Made by a program: the position numbers and the translations under genes. The notes beneath the pieces were generated by a model, which ran no database searches, was not told the DNA's origin, and was given only the letters and a program-made list of their open reading frames with translations. Shown here one piece after another: positions 32,909-44,133 of a DNA stretch of 64,000 nucleotides (position 1 is the first letter of the stretch; each line of letters opens with the position of its first letter). The DNA comes from an uncultured delta proteobacterium (lineage in GTDB: Bacteria; Desulfobacterota; Zymogenia; Zymogenales; Zymogenaceae): positions 1,013,781-1,077,780 of the forward strand of contig CAVTLK010000001.1 of assembly GCA_963735595.1 (NCBI GenBank), given 5' to 3'.

Positions 32909-34325
32909 ATGTGTATGAAACAGAAAATATACGATCACTCCCCAATAATGCTTCAGAATATCTTCATTTCGCTCCAAGGAGCCATTCACAATACCCGACG
33001 CATCAACTGGAAAACCTGTAAGAAACACTACCATGAGCTAATTGAAAGCCAATGGTGGCCTAGAGATGAACATGATCAAGCTCAGTTCAATTCATTGAAG
33101 AATCATCTAACCTATGCTGGAACCTTTATTCCTTATTATAAGAAACTGTTTCAAGAGCTATCGTTTAATCCTCTAGAGCTGCAAAACACCGATGATATTA
33201 GAAGAATCCCGGCACTTAAAAAAGATCAAATAAGAACATTCCCATTGGAGTTTATTCATTGTGGAAAAATAGATCGCAAGTGGAACAGATTTTTCACGAG
33301 CGGCACAACTGGGACTCCATTGAATTTGTGGAGTTCCAAAGAGAGTTTCGGACGAATCTGGAGTTTTGTTTATAGATTGAGGAAGTGGGGTAATTTACAG
33401 GACCCGTTCTTTCCGAGGCGAGTCCAGTTTACAGGGAGGGACATAGCATCAAACGATATTTCCACCCAAACTGGTATCTACTGGCGTTTTAATAAACCTG
33501 GCAACACATTATTGATGTCCACCTCACATTTGAATCAAGGAACAATACCGGGTTATATTGAGGCTATCCGTGCCTTTGCTCCAGAATTGATAGATGGTTA
33601 TCCCTCAGCACTGGCAATTATCAGTAAGTATGCTTTGAATCATAGAATTAAGCTTCCTTCTCCAAGAGCTATCATAACAAGCGCCGAAACTTTATTGGAT
33701 ACCGATAAGATTTCCATACAAACTGCTTTTCAATGCAGGATTTTTAACCAATATGCATCTAGTGACACTGCTGCATTTATCAGTTTCTTGTGAAAAAGAC
33801 AGGTTGCACATAAATCCTGAGTTCGGGAGCTGTGAAATAATAACACAGAACGGCAGAGTTGCTCAGCCTGGAGAAATGGGAGAAATCGTTGCTACTTCAT
33901 TTTGCAACAAAGAACAGGTATTTGTACGATACGCCACGGGTGATATGGCGATTGTTTCATCAGATCAAAATTGCCCTTGTGGACGCAGCATGACGGTAAT
34001 AGAAAAGATTTTAGGGCGCATGGACGATATTTTGTATGTTCCCGAGAGAGGCTTCATAGGACGTCTAGATCCTGTGTTCAAGGCATTATATGGAATACTG
34101 GAAGCTCAAATCATTCAATCCGAATTGGATTCAATAGTTATCAAATTGGTACCCCTTCCAGAGTATCACGACAATATAGGTGAAAAGCTCATGTTGAACC
34201 TTCGTAAAAAAGTAGGTGATAACGTTAGGATAAGCATAGATAAAGTCGATTTCATACCAAGAGGAGCCAATGGAAAATTCCAATCAGTCCGAAGCTTGTG
34301 TAAAAACCTTTACCCGAAACTATAA
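32909..34325 (+). CDS. CapK-like phenylacetate-CoA-ligase-family protein; one frameshift near 33785
   Basis: TSGTTGTP, DGYPS, TSAETL, RYATGD, ILGRMDD, GKFQSV. Confidence 0.85.
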
Positions 34326-34327
34326 TT

Positions 34328-36202
34328 ATGTGTGGCATATTTGCTCAAATAAATATTCGTGAGAAGCCGGTTGATCTAACGAATTGCCGTCGGGCGACGC
34401 ATGTTTTGGCCCATAGAGGACCCGATTCCTGGGGTGAAAACTATACGGATAATCGAGACGTGTATTTTGGGCATAGGCGTTTAGCAATACTGGACCTTTC
34501 TGTTTCTGGAAATCAACCATTCTCTGATGCACAAGGCAATTTGCTCATTTATAATGGAGAGCTCTATAACTTTCAAAATATAAAGAAACAACTGGAAAGC
34601 ACAGGCATTGTCTTCAAATCCAATTGTGATACCGAAGTTATATTTCATGCTCTGAATACATGGGGACTGAACTGTATTCATAAATTTGAAGGCATGTTTG
34701 CTCTCGTTTACTGGGATGCTGTACACAAAAAAGCATTAGCAATTCGAGATCCACTTGGTATCAAACCCCTTTATTATTGGGCAAATCCAGAAGGCATTGC
34801 CATTTCCTCCGAATTGAAGTCCTTTTATTATTTGGATGAATTCCAACCTGAATTCAATATTAAAACGTTGCCGGAATTTTTACGTTTTCGGAGCATAATT
34901 GGAAGAGACACCTTACTCAAGAACGTCTATGAATTGGGGCCAGGTGAATATCTCATTTTTAACCAGAATGAAAATGCCTATAAAATTGAGGAATATTGGC
35001 GTCCGGAAAGCTGTTTGACTCCATTTTCTCCTTCTGATTCAGACTCCTTTTCAATGAAGTTTAATCGTATTGTTCAACAGCATCTAATTGCTGATGTGCC
35101 TGTTGGCGCACGGTTTTCAGGTGGATTAGACAGCAGCCTCATTGCTTGCATCATGCAGAAAGATTTATCCACGGAACTGATGGGTTTCCACTGTCATGTT
35201 AAAAACGCCTCGTATGATGAAACACCTTTTGCCCGGCAAATTGCGCAACATCTCGGATTTCAACTCGTTACAGAGACACTGGATGCAGAAACTTTTTTCT
35301 CGGATCTCATTGAAAAATTAACCTACCATTTGGATGAACCGCTCACACATCCAAATTCTATCGGTATCTTCTTAATTTCTCAGAAAGCCAAAGACCTGGT
35401 TAAAGTCTTGTTGTCTGGTGAAGCAGCTGACGAATTGTTCTGCGGGTATTCTAGATACATTGTAGTAAATCAATTCAGCAATTTACAGCGATTAGGATAT
35501 TCGTTTTGTTCAAAATTGTTGTCCATGCTCTATCCCGGGCTTGGTCATCATCAACCGATTACTTTAAATGATTTTATTCTGCTAAGCTCAGCTTACCTAT
35601 CAGATTCTGATCTTAATGCTTTTCTAAGCGATAACTCGGCCGCAAATGCAAGTAATCGCAATCGCCAAGTATTATTGCAAGGGCTTAGTATTGAAGATAA
35701 TCTTACTCGGTGTCAAGTTTACGATATCAAAACTTACCTCCCAGCACTATTTGTTCGACAGGATAAAATGTCTATGGCCGCTTCCATTGAAAACCGAGTT
35801 CCCTTTGCAACTCCAGAAATGGTTGCTTACGCATTATCCTTGAGCAATAAACAGAAAGTTACTCTAGTCGCTCGCAAGAGGGTCTTGCGGGAAACACTGA
35901 AATCGTATTTACCAAATAATCTGATTTCAAGAAAAAAGTGGGGTTTTGGCATACCGTTAATGGCGTGGTTTCAGACGAAGCAAGGAAAGGAGAGAATCGC
36001 CACGCTTCGAGATACATCGTCCAAATTGAGCAACTATATCGATGTAATCCATTACTTAATGAAAAGCAATTCACCAACGACTGCTTACGATGCAAACGTC
36101 ATCTGGACTCTTTTGACATTGAATATTTGGTTTGAGATTTTTCTCGAAAAGACCAAGTTTCACAGAGAACATCAGGTGAATTTAGGAGATTACCCCGCCT
36201 GA
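34328..36202 (+). CDS. asnB: Asparagine synthase (glutamine-hydrolysing)-family amidotransferase, probably glycan-modifying
   Basis: MCGI N-terminus, HRGPD, HRRLAILD, NGELYN, SGGLDSS, LSGEAADELF, DKMSMA.SIE.RVPF. Confidence 0.9.
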   Translation: MCGIFAQINIREKPVDLTNCRRATHVLAHRGPDSWGENYTDNRDVYFGHRRLAILDLSVSGNQPFSDAQGNLLIYNGELYNFQNIKKQLESTGIVFKSNCDTEVIFHALNTWGLNCIHKFEGMFALVYWDAVHKKALAIRDPLGIKPLYYWANPEGIAISSELKSFYYLDEFQPEFNIKTLPEFLRFRSIIGRDTLLKNVYELGPGEYLIFNQNENAYKIEEYWRPESCLTPFSPSDSDSFSMKFNRIVQQHLIADVPVGARFSGGLDSSLIACIMQKDLSTELMGFHCHVKNASYDETPFARQIAQHLGFQLVTETLDAETFFSDLIEKLTYHLDEPLTHPNSIGIFLISQKAKDLVKVLLSGEAADELFCGYSRYIVVNQFSNLQRLGYSFCSKLLSMLYPGLGHHQPITLNDFILLSSAYLSDSDLNAFLSDNSAANASNRNRQVLLQGLSIEDNLTRCQVYDIKTYLPALFVRQDKMSMAASIENRVPFATPEMVAYALSLSNKQKVTLVARKRVLRETLKSYLPNNLISRKKWGFGIPLMAWFQTKQGKERIATLRDTSSKLSNYIDVIHYLMKSNSPTTAYDANVIWTLLTLNIWFEIFLEKTKFHREHQVNLGDYPA

Positions 36203-36677
36203 CAAATAGACGGGGTATTTTGTATTATAATTTTCCGATTCTTTCCTCAAGTGCAGTAATGTCAATGCATTCGATATAATCGGTTTTTATGTTTTCGCCT
36301 TTTCTACGGATAGCATCAGTGGGACAGAGTAGTTCATGATCAGAATTATCTCGGGTCCAAAAAAAGTTATTATCATCAAAAGGTGTTTTCATTACGATTC
36401 CCCTCATTTTAAACTTGGAATAAAAACTAAATAAATATGAACCTTAGGAACTATATGTAAATTATTAATCCAATTGCAATTTGTAAATATCGTTTATTAT
36501 GATCAACAATGAATCGGGTTCGGACTCTACATCAAAGATGCTCTTATTACCAAATTTGATTCTTTTTAATCGCCTAAAATGCGAATTGAATAATCGTAAC
36601 CTGTTCTACGGCTTGACCCCAATTTTGTTTTTCAGTACATTAACCCAAATTGCACCTCGGTATGATCAGGATAAATT

Positions 36678-38024
36678 ATGGCAACAGAGTCGACGAAAAA
36701 GAAAAGGATTTCATTCCGATTACGGAAGAGACAATATCCGGTATTGCCGTGGGATAGGAGTAAGCCATATTTTATCAGCCGTCGTCCTCTTATAATTTTA
36801 TTATTGCTGGCACTTGTAGGCGTTTTTGCAACGGCCTTTCTAACTTATAGGCATATTGTTCTCACGAGTCATACGGGGAATGTAGGAGAATCGGCCCTAT
36901 GCAAAGCGCAAGGAGTTATCAATTGTGATGGCATACTGCTCACCGATTATTCAGTACTTCTAGGATATTTTCCTAGCTCTGTACTTGGTCTCATGGGCTT
37001 TGTATTTGTATGGTGGTTGCTCGTAAATAGTCTTTTGAATGAGCGCGTAAGAAAACTCGCCATGACATTGCTGGTGCTCTATTTTTTCATGGCAATAGGT
37101 TTTAGCTGGTACTACATTTATCTTATGGCCTTTGAGGTCGATTACGTTTGTACATGGTGCATTGTAGTTCATGTCATAAATTTCACTTCATTAGCCTTGA
37201 TACTCTATTTTTCCATTAAGAACCGACAAAATTTCTTGTTGGAAGAACCTGCCAGTAAATGGGAACGGTTTTATTTCATAGCAGGTGGGTTGTGTTTAGC
37301 TCTGGTTGTTTTTTTCGGATCTGTTTATCTTGAGAACTATTTAAGTTTTCGAGACGCAAAGACAAAATATGAAGAATTGGCCAATGATCCGGTTGTAATC
37401 ATGGCAACGGTCAAAGCGTCACCTGACTACGAAATACCAATCACTAAAGATGATCCAGTTTTTGGAAATCCCTCGGCGCCTTTTCCAATAGTCTTATTTA
37501 GTGATTTCCAATGTCCTGTTTGTTCTCAGACAGAGCAATACCTAAAATCTATTGTGAATGCCAATCCCCATGTATTATCGCTTGTGTATAAAAATTACCC
37601 ATTATCTCCGAACTGCAACTCAATAATTATCGGAAATCTGCACCCGTATGCCTGTGAAGCCGCTAAAGCAGCTTATGCAGCTTTTATATTGAAGGACTCC
37701 ACCGGATTTTGGCAATATGGAGATCTACTCTTTGCGAATCAGCGCGAATTTAAGAAACAGCCCTGGTTGCAGTATGCTAATATGATTGGCCTTGATGTAA
37801 ACCGATTTACACAATTGATGCAAGCAAATGAAAAACCCGAATTAAAAATTAAAGAAGATACAGAATTAGGTGCTACACTAAAATTAACCGCTACTCCGCA
37901 GATTTTCTTTCTCAGCAAAAATGTCCCTCAGAGCTTTAAAGGTGAGTTCCTCCTGGATACGCTCGAAGAATTAGTGAAATGGAAGTATCCGGAAAATTCA
38001 TCGTTCAAGTTGCGTAAACCCTAA
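36678..38024 (+). CDS. VKOR-family membrane protein fused to a DsbA/thioredoxin domain
   Basis: Loop cysteines LCKAQGVINCD, active-site CTWC, then FSDFQCPVC and cis-Pro TATPQ. Confidence 0.88.
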   Translation: MATESTKKKRISFRLRKRQYPVLPWDRSKPYFISRRPLIILLLLALVGVFATAFLTYRHIVLTSHTGNVGESALCKAQGVINCDGILLTDYSVLLGYFPSSVLGLMGFVFVWWLLVNSLLNERVRKLAMTLLVLYFFMAIGFSWYYIYLMAFEVDYVCTWCIVVHVINFTSLALILYFSIKNRQNFLLEEPASKWERFYFIAGGLCLALVVFFGSVYLENYLSFRDAKTKYEELANDPVVIMATVKASPDYEIPITKDDPVFGNPSAPFPIVLFSDFQCPVCSQTEQYLKSIVNANPHVLSLVYKNYPLSPNCNSIIIGNLHPYACEAAKAAYAAFILKDSTGFWQYGDLLFANQREFKKQPWLQYANMIGLDVNRFTQLMQANEKPELKIKEDTELGATLKLTATPQIFFLSKNVPQSFKGEFLLDTLEELVKWKYPENSSFKLRKP

Positions 38025-38047
38025 CATCGCCCAGGACACGAGGCAAT

Positions 38048-38716
38048 ATGTCACCAAAGATATCCAAAATCGTTCTTCCTCTCGTTATGCTCATCTCATT
38101 CGTGCTTCTGGCTTGTGATGCACCGGAAAACCCACTTCCCAAACAAATACGTGACCTTAAAATGGGATCTAACATAGATTCATTGGAAAAGCTCATTGAC
38201 AAAGACGGCACTTTCACGGTCAATTCCAAGTCGCGTCGTCCAAAGTTGCAATGGAATTTGAAAAACAATTCAAACTATCGAGATATTGAATTCCAGTTCA
38301 CAGAAAAAGATCGGCTTTATCTTATCCGATTCGATTTAAAAGACACACGAAGGGATGATTTTCAGACGCTCAAGAAAGCCTTTTTCTCAATTTTCGATCT
38401 TTCTTGGGATGATCCCCTTAGAATGCGAGTAGAGGGTTCGGACATGCTCCTTTATGCCCCCAATGCGCAGGAAAATGATGTTTTTTTTCTTGAGTTTACC
38501 GATAAGTTGAACGGCAAAAAAGCGATAGAATTGTTCAGCAAGAAAATTTCGGCACAGGACAGGGCAGCGTATCTGGAAGAGCAGAAAGCCAGAAAAAGCG
38601 AAGAACCATCGGTTCCAGTTTCGGCAGACGATCAAACCTCTAATTCAGAGAATGAGAAGCAAATGAAGCTAGAAAACACCGATACTCAGCCTAATTCAGG
38701 AAACGAAAGTAGATGA
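38048..38716 (+). CDS. Hypothetical lipoprotein
   Basis: Lipobox LLAC after a hydrophobic stretch; 222 aa; in operon context. Confidence 0.7.
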   Translation: MSPKISKIVLPLVMLISFVLLACDAPENPLPKQIRDLKMGSNIDSLEKLIDKDGTFTVNSKSRRPKLQWNLKNNSNYRDIEFQFTEKDRLYLIRFDLKDTRRDDFQTLKKAFFSIFDLSWDDPLRMRVEGSDMLLYAPNAQENDVFFLEFTDKLNGKKAIELFSKKISAQDRAAYLEEQKARKSEEPSVPVSADDQTSNSENEKQMKLENTDTQPNSGNESR

Positions 38717-38752
38717 TTTATTTATGCTGGGTAATCTCTTGCTTAATTGGTA

Positions 38753-40748
38753 ATGAATAGAATTATTCCAAAACTCATTGCAATACTTATCATAATCATC
38801 GTTATTTCTGAGATATACATTTCAACAATAAGCCAGGATTTTGCGAACTGGGATGATCCAAAACACATTGCAGCCGTATGGGAGCCTAGTTGGAGCCGTT
38901 TATGGACTATTATTTCGGACTTTAATCTTCAATTCACCGGAGTAAAATATTATAGCCCTGTTCACTTTATGAGTCTTATGTTTGATCAGTACCTGATCTA
39001 TCCAGCTCTCGTCCCCCAACCGTGGATTTCAAAGTTTTTCAACATCATCTTTCATTGGATAAATACCGTTTTAGTATTCTTTCTGCTATCTCGTTTAGGC
39101 ATTGACACCAGGTGCAGCTTTATGGGAGCACTTTTATTTGCTATCCATCCGCTTCAAGTTGGCACTGTAGCCTGGATAAGTGAAAGAAAGAATTTATTGG
39201 TGACTCTGTTTTTTTTATCCGCAATGATCAGTTACATTAGCTATGAGCGGACAAAATCAAATTTGAAGATGATTCTTGTTTTCATTTTATTTGTTCTTGG
39301 CCTAGGAACCAAACCGATCATGGTTGTATTTCCTATAGTGGCCGGGGCTTATTCCTATTATTTGACCCCCAAAATTCGGTCCGGTACCGTTCAATTTCTC
39401 TTCATTTTATTAGCATTTTCTTTTGCATGGAGTATTTACGCAATTCACACTGAAATCTCAGTTCCGGGAATGTTGCCTTCGATACTTAAAAGACCAATGC
39501 TGGCCTCGGCTTCTCTTCTCTTTTATATTTCAAAACTCATATTACCCACGAATTTGGTGGCCGTCCACCCTAAATGGGACTTGGACAATAACTTATTCCC
39601 ATTCACCATGGCATTGATCATTGTTTCTATTTGTGTCTTTCTTTATATAAAATATTCCCAGAAACTAAGACCCATTGCTCAATTCGGTATAGTGTTCTTT
39701 GTCTCATCTCTTTTGCCAGTTTGTGGCATTATTCCGTTCGGGTATATGTCACATTCTTATGTTGCAGATCATTTCATGTATCTTCCAATCGTTGGCGTAG
39801 CCGTTCTCAGCTCGGATATGCTCAGTTTTTTATTTGCAAGATATCAATACATCCCTAAGAAATTGATAATGTATCAAATTGCCGTTTATACTGTGCTTTG
39901 CGTCTTGGGGATCATCTCAATTAAGCAGACGCTCGTTTGGAGAGATCCCATTATCTTATGGGAAACTAATCTTGAGAAAAATCCACAGTCGCCTACAGTA
40001 CCTAACCAATTATGCGGCCACACTTGCCGAAAAGGATCGTTTGGAAGAAGCTCAGAAACATTTGTTAAAAGCGATTGAGCTTGCACCTTTTCTCGATGTT
40101 GCTTACGTGAATTTAGCTTCGCTCTATGAGAGGCAGGGAAAGCTTCTCGAAGCAAGAGAAGTTATGGAAACTGCTCTCGGTCTCAATCCCACAAATGAAG
40201 CATACTATACGCGATTGGCTCAAATTTTAATTACACAAGGACAAAGAGAAACAGCTCTTGATCTACTCGAAATTGCAGAAGAAAAGCTTCCAAACTCTGC
40301 TCGCATCAAGAACGAATTGGGAGTACTCTACAATTCCCTGGGCCGTCGCGATGATGCAATTCAGATGCTTTTAGCTGCAAAAAAAATTGATCCCTTCTTG
40401 CATGAGCCATACCTCAATCTAGCCAATATTTACGGATCAGATGAGAAGTATGATCGGGCATTAGACACTTTGAACGAAGCTTTGCAACACACATCACATC
40501 TTAATATTATATTCGGCTTAGCAGAAATTCATCGGAAAACAGGAAATGCTGTTGCTGCGGATACCGAATTAGCCCGATGTCATGTACTCGTGCCTGAAAA
40601 CGTGCAGATATTATCTATGTATTCGGCGAATTTGGTAAAACTTGGCCGCTGTGATGAGGCATCCAGGCTCTGCATCAATGGGGAGAAGTGCAGTCCGGAG
40701 ACGATGCTGATGATTGAGCAGTGTAAGAAATCTTCATCTGGTAATTAA
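38753..40748 (+). CDS. TMTC-like membrane glycosyltransferase with C-terminal TPR repeats; one frameshift near 40000
   Basis: NWDD, LFAIHPLQV..VAWISERK, ADHFMYLP, WRD...LWE, followed by TPR helices. Confidence 0.82.
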
Positions 40749-40935
40749 TTTATCTTGCTATTCAAATTCGTTTTGACACAATATTATACTTTTTAGCAAA
40801 TGGATGGATTTGAAATTCATATTTATCTTTGTATCAATAGATACAGGTGACTAGGGGATCATTTTTGTTGTTCTAACTTTCACATTTCCATTCCGCTGAA
40901 ACGTCCCCTATTTGTTTTATTCAGGAGGGCTCCCA

Positions 40936-42240
40936 ATGTATAAATATTATTGGAATGAAGAATTCGAAGCGATGTCTGAATCCAAAATGCAGGCGTTTCA
41001 GCTTGAAAAATTAAAGGAAACGCTGAACTGGGTGTATGATCGAATTCCATTCTACAAGAAATCATTTGACGAAAGATCTATTAAACCCAATGATCTGAAG
41101 AGTCTCTCCGATATATCGAAATTTCCTTTCACCGTAAAAACGGATCTTCGGGACAATTATCCATTCGGATTATGCGCCGTTCCAATGTCGGAAGTTACCC
41201 GAATACATGCGTCCTCAGGCACAACAGGCAAACCAATCACAGGACCTTATACTCAGGACGATATGGATCAATGGGCGGAATGTATGGCTCGGAGCTTATG
41301 GGCACAGGAAGTTCGACCAGATAGCATTCTGCAAAATGCCTTTGGTATGGGTCTGTTCACAGGTGGACTAGGCATGGTGCAAGGAGCAGTTAAAATAGGA
41401 TGCGCTCTGGTGCCTTCAGGAGCGGGCATGACGGAACGACAGATAATGCTCATTCAGGATTTCGGGACAACTTCTATATGCTGTACGCCTTCATATTGTT
41501 TGACCATTATTGAAAGAGCTGAAAAGATGGGAGTAGACCTTAAATCTACAAAATTAAAAGACGGACATTTCGGAGCCGAACCGTGGACCGTGGAAATGCG
41601 TAACGATATTGAATCGCGGTCAGGTTTGCACGCATTTGAGCTCTATGGTCTAACGGAAGTGATGGGCCCTGGCGTATCTTTTAGCTGTGAGTATTACAAT
41701 ATTCATCTCAATGAGGATCACGTGTACCCGGAAGTAATCGATCCCGGCACATTGGAGCCTTTACCGTTAGGTGAAGAAGGTGAATTGGTGCTCACCGCAA
41801 TACAGAGACGGGCAATGCCAATGATCAGGTATCAAACCCGTGATATATGTAGCCTGCGAAAAATTAAATGTGAATGCGGAAGAACTCTTATAACCATGGA
41901 TAAGATTTTGGGACGCTCTGATGACATGTTGAACATCAGCGGAGTCAATGTTTTCCCGTCCCAAATTGAATCTTTGCTAATGGAGTTTTCTGAAGTCGAA
42001 CCACTCTATCAAATACGAGTAAAAAAGAAAGGCTATTTGGATCAAATTTCGGTAGAAACCGAGGTCAAAAGCGCTGTTTACCAAGGCGGTCAGCAACAGA
42101 TAGATCAATTGGCAAAACGCATAGCAGCTCGAATCCAGCAGATTGTCGGAATCAAAGTGCCTGTTACCATACTTCCTCAAGAATCAATAGAAAGGAGCAT
42201 AGGAAAAGCTCGTCGAGTTATAGACGAGAGACTTTTATAA
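40936..42240 (+). CDS. paaK: Phenylacetate-CoA ligase
   Basis: DLRDNYPFG, HASSGTTGKP, GLFTGGLG, GAEPW, YGLTEVMGPG, GRSDDM..GVNVFPSQIE; RBS GGAGG before ATG 40936. Confidence 0.88.
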   Translation: MYKYYWNEEFEAMSESKMQAFQLEKLKETLNWVYDRIPFYKKSFDERSIKPNDLKSLSDISKFPFTVKTDLRDNYPFGLCAVPMSEVTRIHASSGTTGKPITGPYTQDDMDQWAECMARSLWAQEVRPDSILQNAFGMGLFTGGLGMVQGAVKIGCALVPSGAGMTERQIMLIQDFGTTSICCTPSYCLTIIERAEKMGVDLKSTKLKDGHFGAEPWTVEMRNDIESRSGLHAFELYGLTEVMGPGVSFSCEYYNIHLNEDHVYPEVIDPGTLEPLPLGEEGELVLTAIQRRAMPMIRYQTRDICSLRKIKCECGRTLITMDKILGRSDDMLNISGVNVFPSQIESLLMEFSEVEPLYQIRVKKKGYLDQISVETEVKSAVYQGGQQQIDQLAKRIAARIQQIVGIKVPVTILPQESIERSIGKARRVIDERLL

Positions 42241-42286
42241 AATGGGATTGCTTGCCCTGGGTCCTTTGGCTGAGGGCAAGCATAAT

Positions 42287-42823
42287 TCACAACCAAAACT
42301 CCGGATATCTGCGATTTTTCGGAATGTTGTTGAAAATAAGTGCGATGAGCACGAGTATGCTTATTCCTGCGGCAACTGGCATCAATACATAGTGATAGCC
42401 CATTTCATGTATTTTATCACCACCAATCACTGCAATAAGACCCGTTGCGCCTGCCGGCGGATGCAGGGTTTTTGTCAAATGCATGATAGCTATGGACGTA
42501 GCTACCACTAATGCCGAGCAAATCCACAATTGATCAGAAATGAGTTGGTATCCCGTGACACCGATTAAAGCAGCCAAAACATGGCCGCCGATCACGTTTC
42601 GAGGCTGAGCCAATGGACTTTTCGGTGCGCCATAAATCAATACTGCTGATGCCCCGAAGCTCGCTATGAGTAAGATTGTGTTTGTTCCAGCTAATACCTT
42701 AAAATTTATGTAACCCACCACCAATATGCCTATAAAAGAGCCAAGCCAGGACCAAAATACTTCGATATTGTTTACGCTTGGGGGACTGGTAGTCGTTCCC
42801 TTCATTTTTGAGAAGAAATTCAT
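42287..42823 (-). CDS. HPP-family membrane protein
   Basis: SFGASAVL, SPLAQPRNVIGGH, TLHPPAGA. Confidence 0.92.
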   Translation of the reverse strand: MNFFSKMKGTTTSPPSVNNIEVFWSWLGSFIGILVVGYINFKVLAGTNTILLIASFGASAVLIYGAPKSPLAQPRNVIGGHVLAALIGVTGYQLISDQLWICSALVVATSIAIMHLTKTLHPPAGATGLIAVIGGDKIHEMGYHYVLMPVAAGISILVLIALIFNNIPKNRRYPEFWL

Positions 42824-43455
42824 TGCTCACTCCTCAATTGAGAACCGACGAGATCTGATCTGCAGATAATGCCAACGAGTTTTCCTTTATCATCCACCAC
42901 GGGGACGCGATTAATCGATTTTTCCATCATTAGGTCCGCAATTTCCACGGCCGGCATTGATTCTTTAATAGTTATGGGTGGAGCACTCATTATTTCCCTG
43001 GCGACGAGCTTACGTGCCGGAACTGCGAGACATGATCTCCCATTCAAACAGGATGCTATAACATCCATATAACTGCTGGCTTGCCCATCTGACATTTCCC
43101 TGAAGAAATCTTTTTCAGAAATTATACCGATTACAATGCGCTCTTCGTCAACGATTGGCACACCGGCAACCTTCGCTTCGGCCATTTTGGAAGCTATATC
43201 TCTGATCGGTGTATCGGCGGTAATGCATACCACTTCCTTGGTCATGATCTCGCATGCTTTCACTGCAGTTAACAATCGCTGAACAGCGTGCCTGTAAGCT
43301 TTGATATACAATTCCTTGAAATCTCCAGGCGTAATGTCCAGATACCCTGATATTTCCTTCATGGCCTGGTAAATATCCTTATCGGAAATATCAATGTTGA
43401 GACATGCATCAATTGTGTTGCCCATGTTCATCTCCGGTTGAAAGTACTTACGCAA
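42820..43455 (-). CDS. CBS-domain pair protein
   Basis: YLDITPGDF, IMTKEVV, GVPIVD..IGIISEKD, RVPVVD..LVGIICRSDL; coupled to the HPP gene. Confidence 0.9.
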   Translation of the reverse strand: MRKYFQPEMNMGNTIDACLNIDISDKDIYQAMKEISGYLDITPGDFKELYIKAYRHAVQRLLTAVKACEIMTKEVVCITADTPIRDIASKMAEAKVAGVPIVDEERIVIGIISEKDFFREMSDGQASSYMDVIASCLNGRSCLAVPARKLVAREIMSAPPITIKESMPAVEIADLMMEKSINRVPVVDDKGKLVGIICRSDLVGSQLRSEQ

Positions 43456-43828
43456 TTCTCAAAGCTGATCATGATTTTCAATACGTTGCTGAATAAGTTA
43501 GGAGCTGTAAATCGGAATTTAAAAAATAGATTTTCCTGTTTCGGTAAAGATGTTTATCATTTATTCACTCCAATCGCATACTGCTCTTTTACGACAACCT
43601 TTTCTCATTATAAGATTTTTCTTGGATTGCACATTGACTTGAGTCAAATTCTGAAAAAACATTGTCCAATGTACACTCAATTAGAAATGGATCAGTATGG
43701 TACAGGTACTGGAAGTCAAAATGTGGCTAAAGTGAGTGAGTGCAAAACATGAGGGAGTCTGGGGGGAAGTATTTGACTAACGGCCGAAATTTTGAACTCC
43801 GGCCGTTGAAGAGCATGGGCGGGAATTC

Positions 43829-44002
43829 TCAATAATCTTCAAAGTCAATGTAATCATCTTCATCAACATATTCTTCATCCGAATCCAGGGAGGATAGCAG
43901 GTCGGCTGATCTTCCATCTAGAGGATCTTCGAAATCTGAGAGAGCATCTACCAGTGATTCATCGTTCATTCGACCGATGTAAAAATCTATAGAATGAGAC
44001 AT
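43829..44002 (-). CDS. Small, highly acidic hypothetical protein (57 aa)
   Basis: RBS GGAGG then ATG 44002: MSHSIDFYIGRMNDESLVDALSDFEDPLDGRSADLLSSLDSDEEYVDEDDYIDFEDY; hairpin at 43779-43807 downstream. Confidence 0.65.
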   Translation of the reverse strand: MSHSIDFYIGRMNDESLVDALSDFEDPLDGRSADLLSSLDSDEEYVDEDDYIDFEDY

Positions 44003-44133
44003 GCGAGGTCCTCCCGCTTTGCATAAATTCCGTTGCGCTGCAACGGAATAAACTAAAACATAACGGGAAGATGATGTCAAGACTTAAAGTTAAATGTTAA
44101 CTTCGTTAGAATTTCTCAATTCTTTCAGCTACT

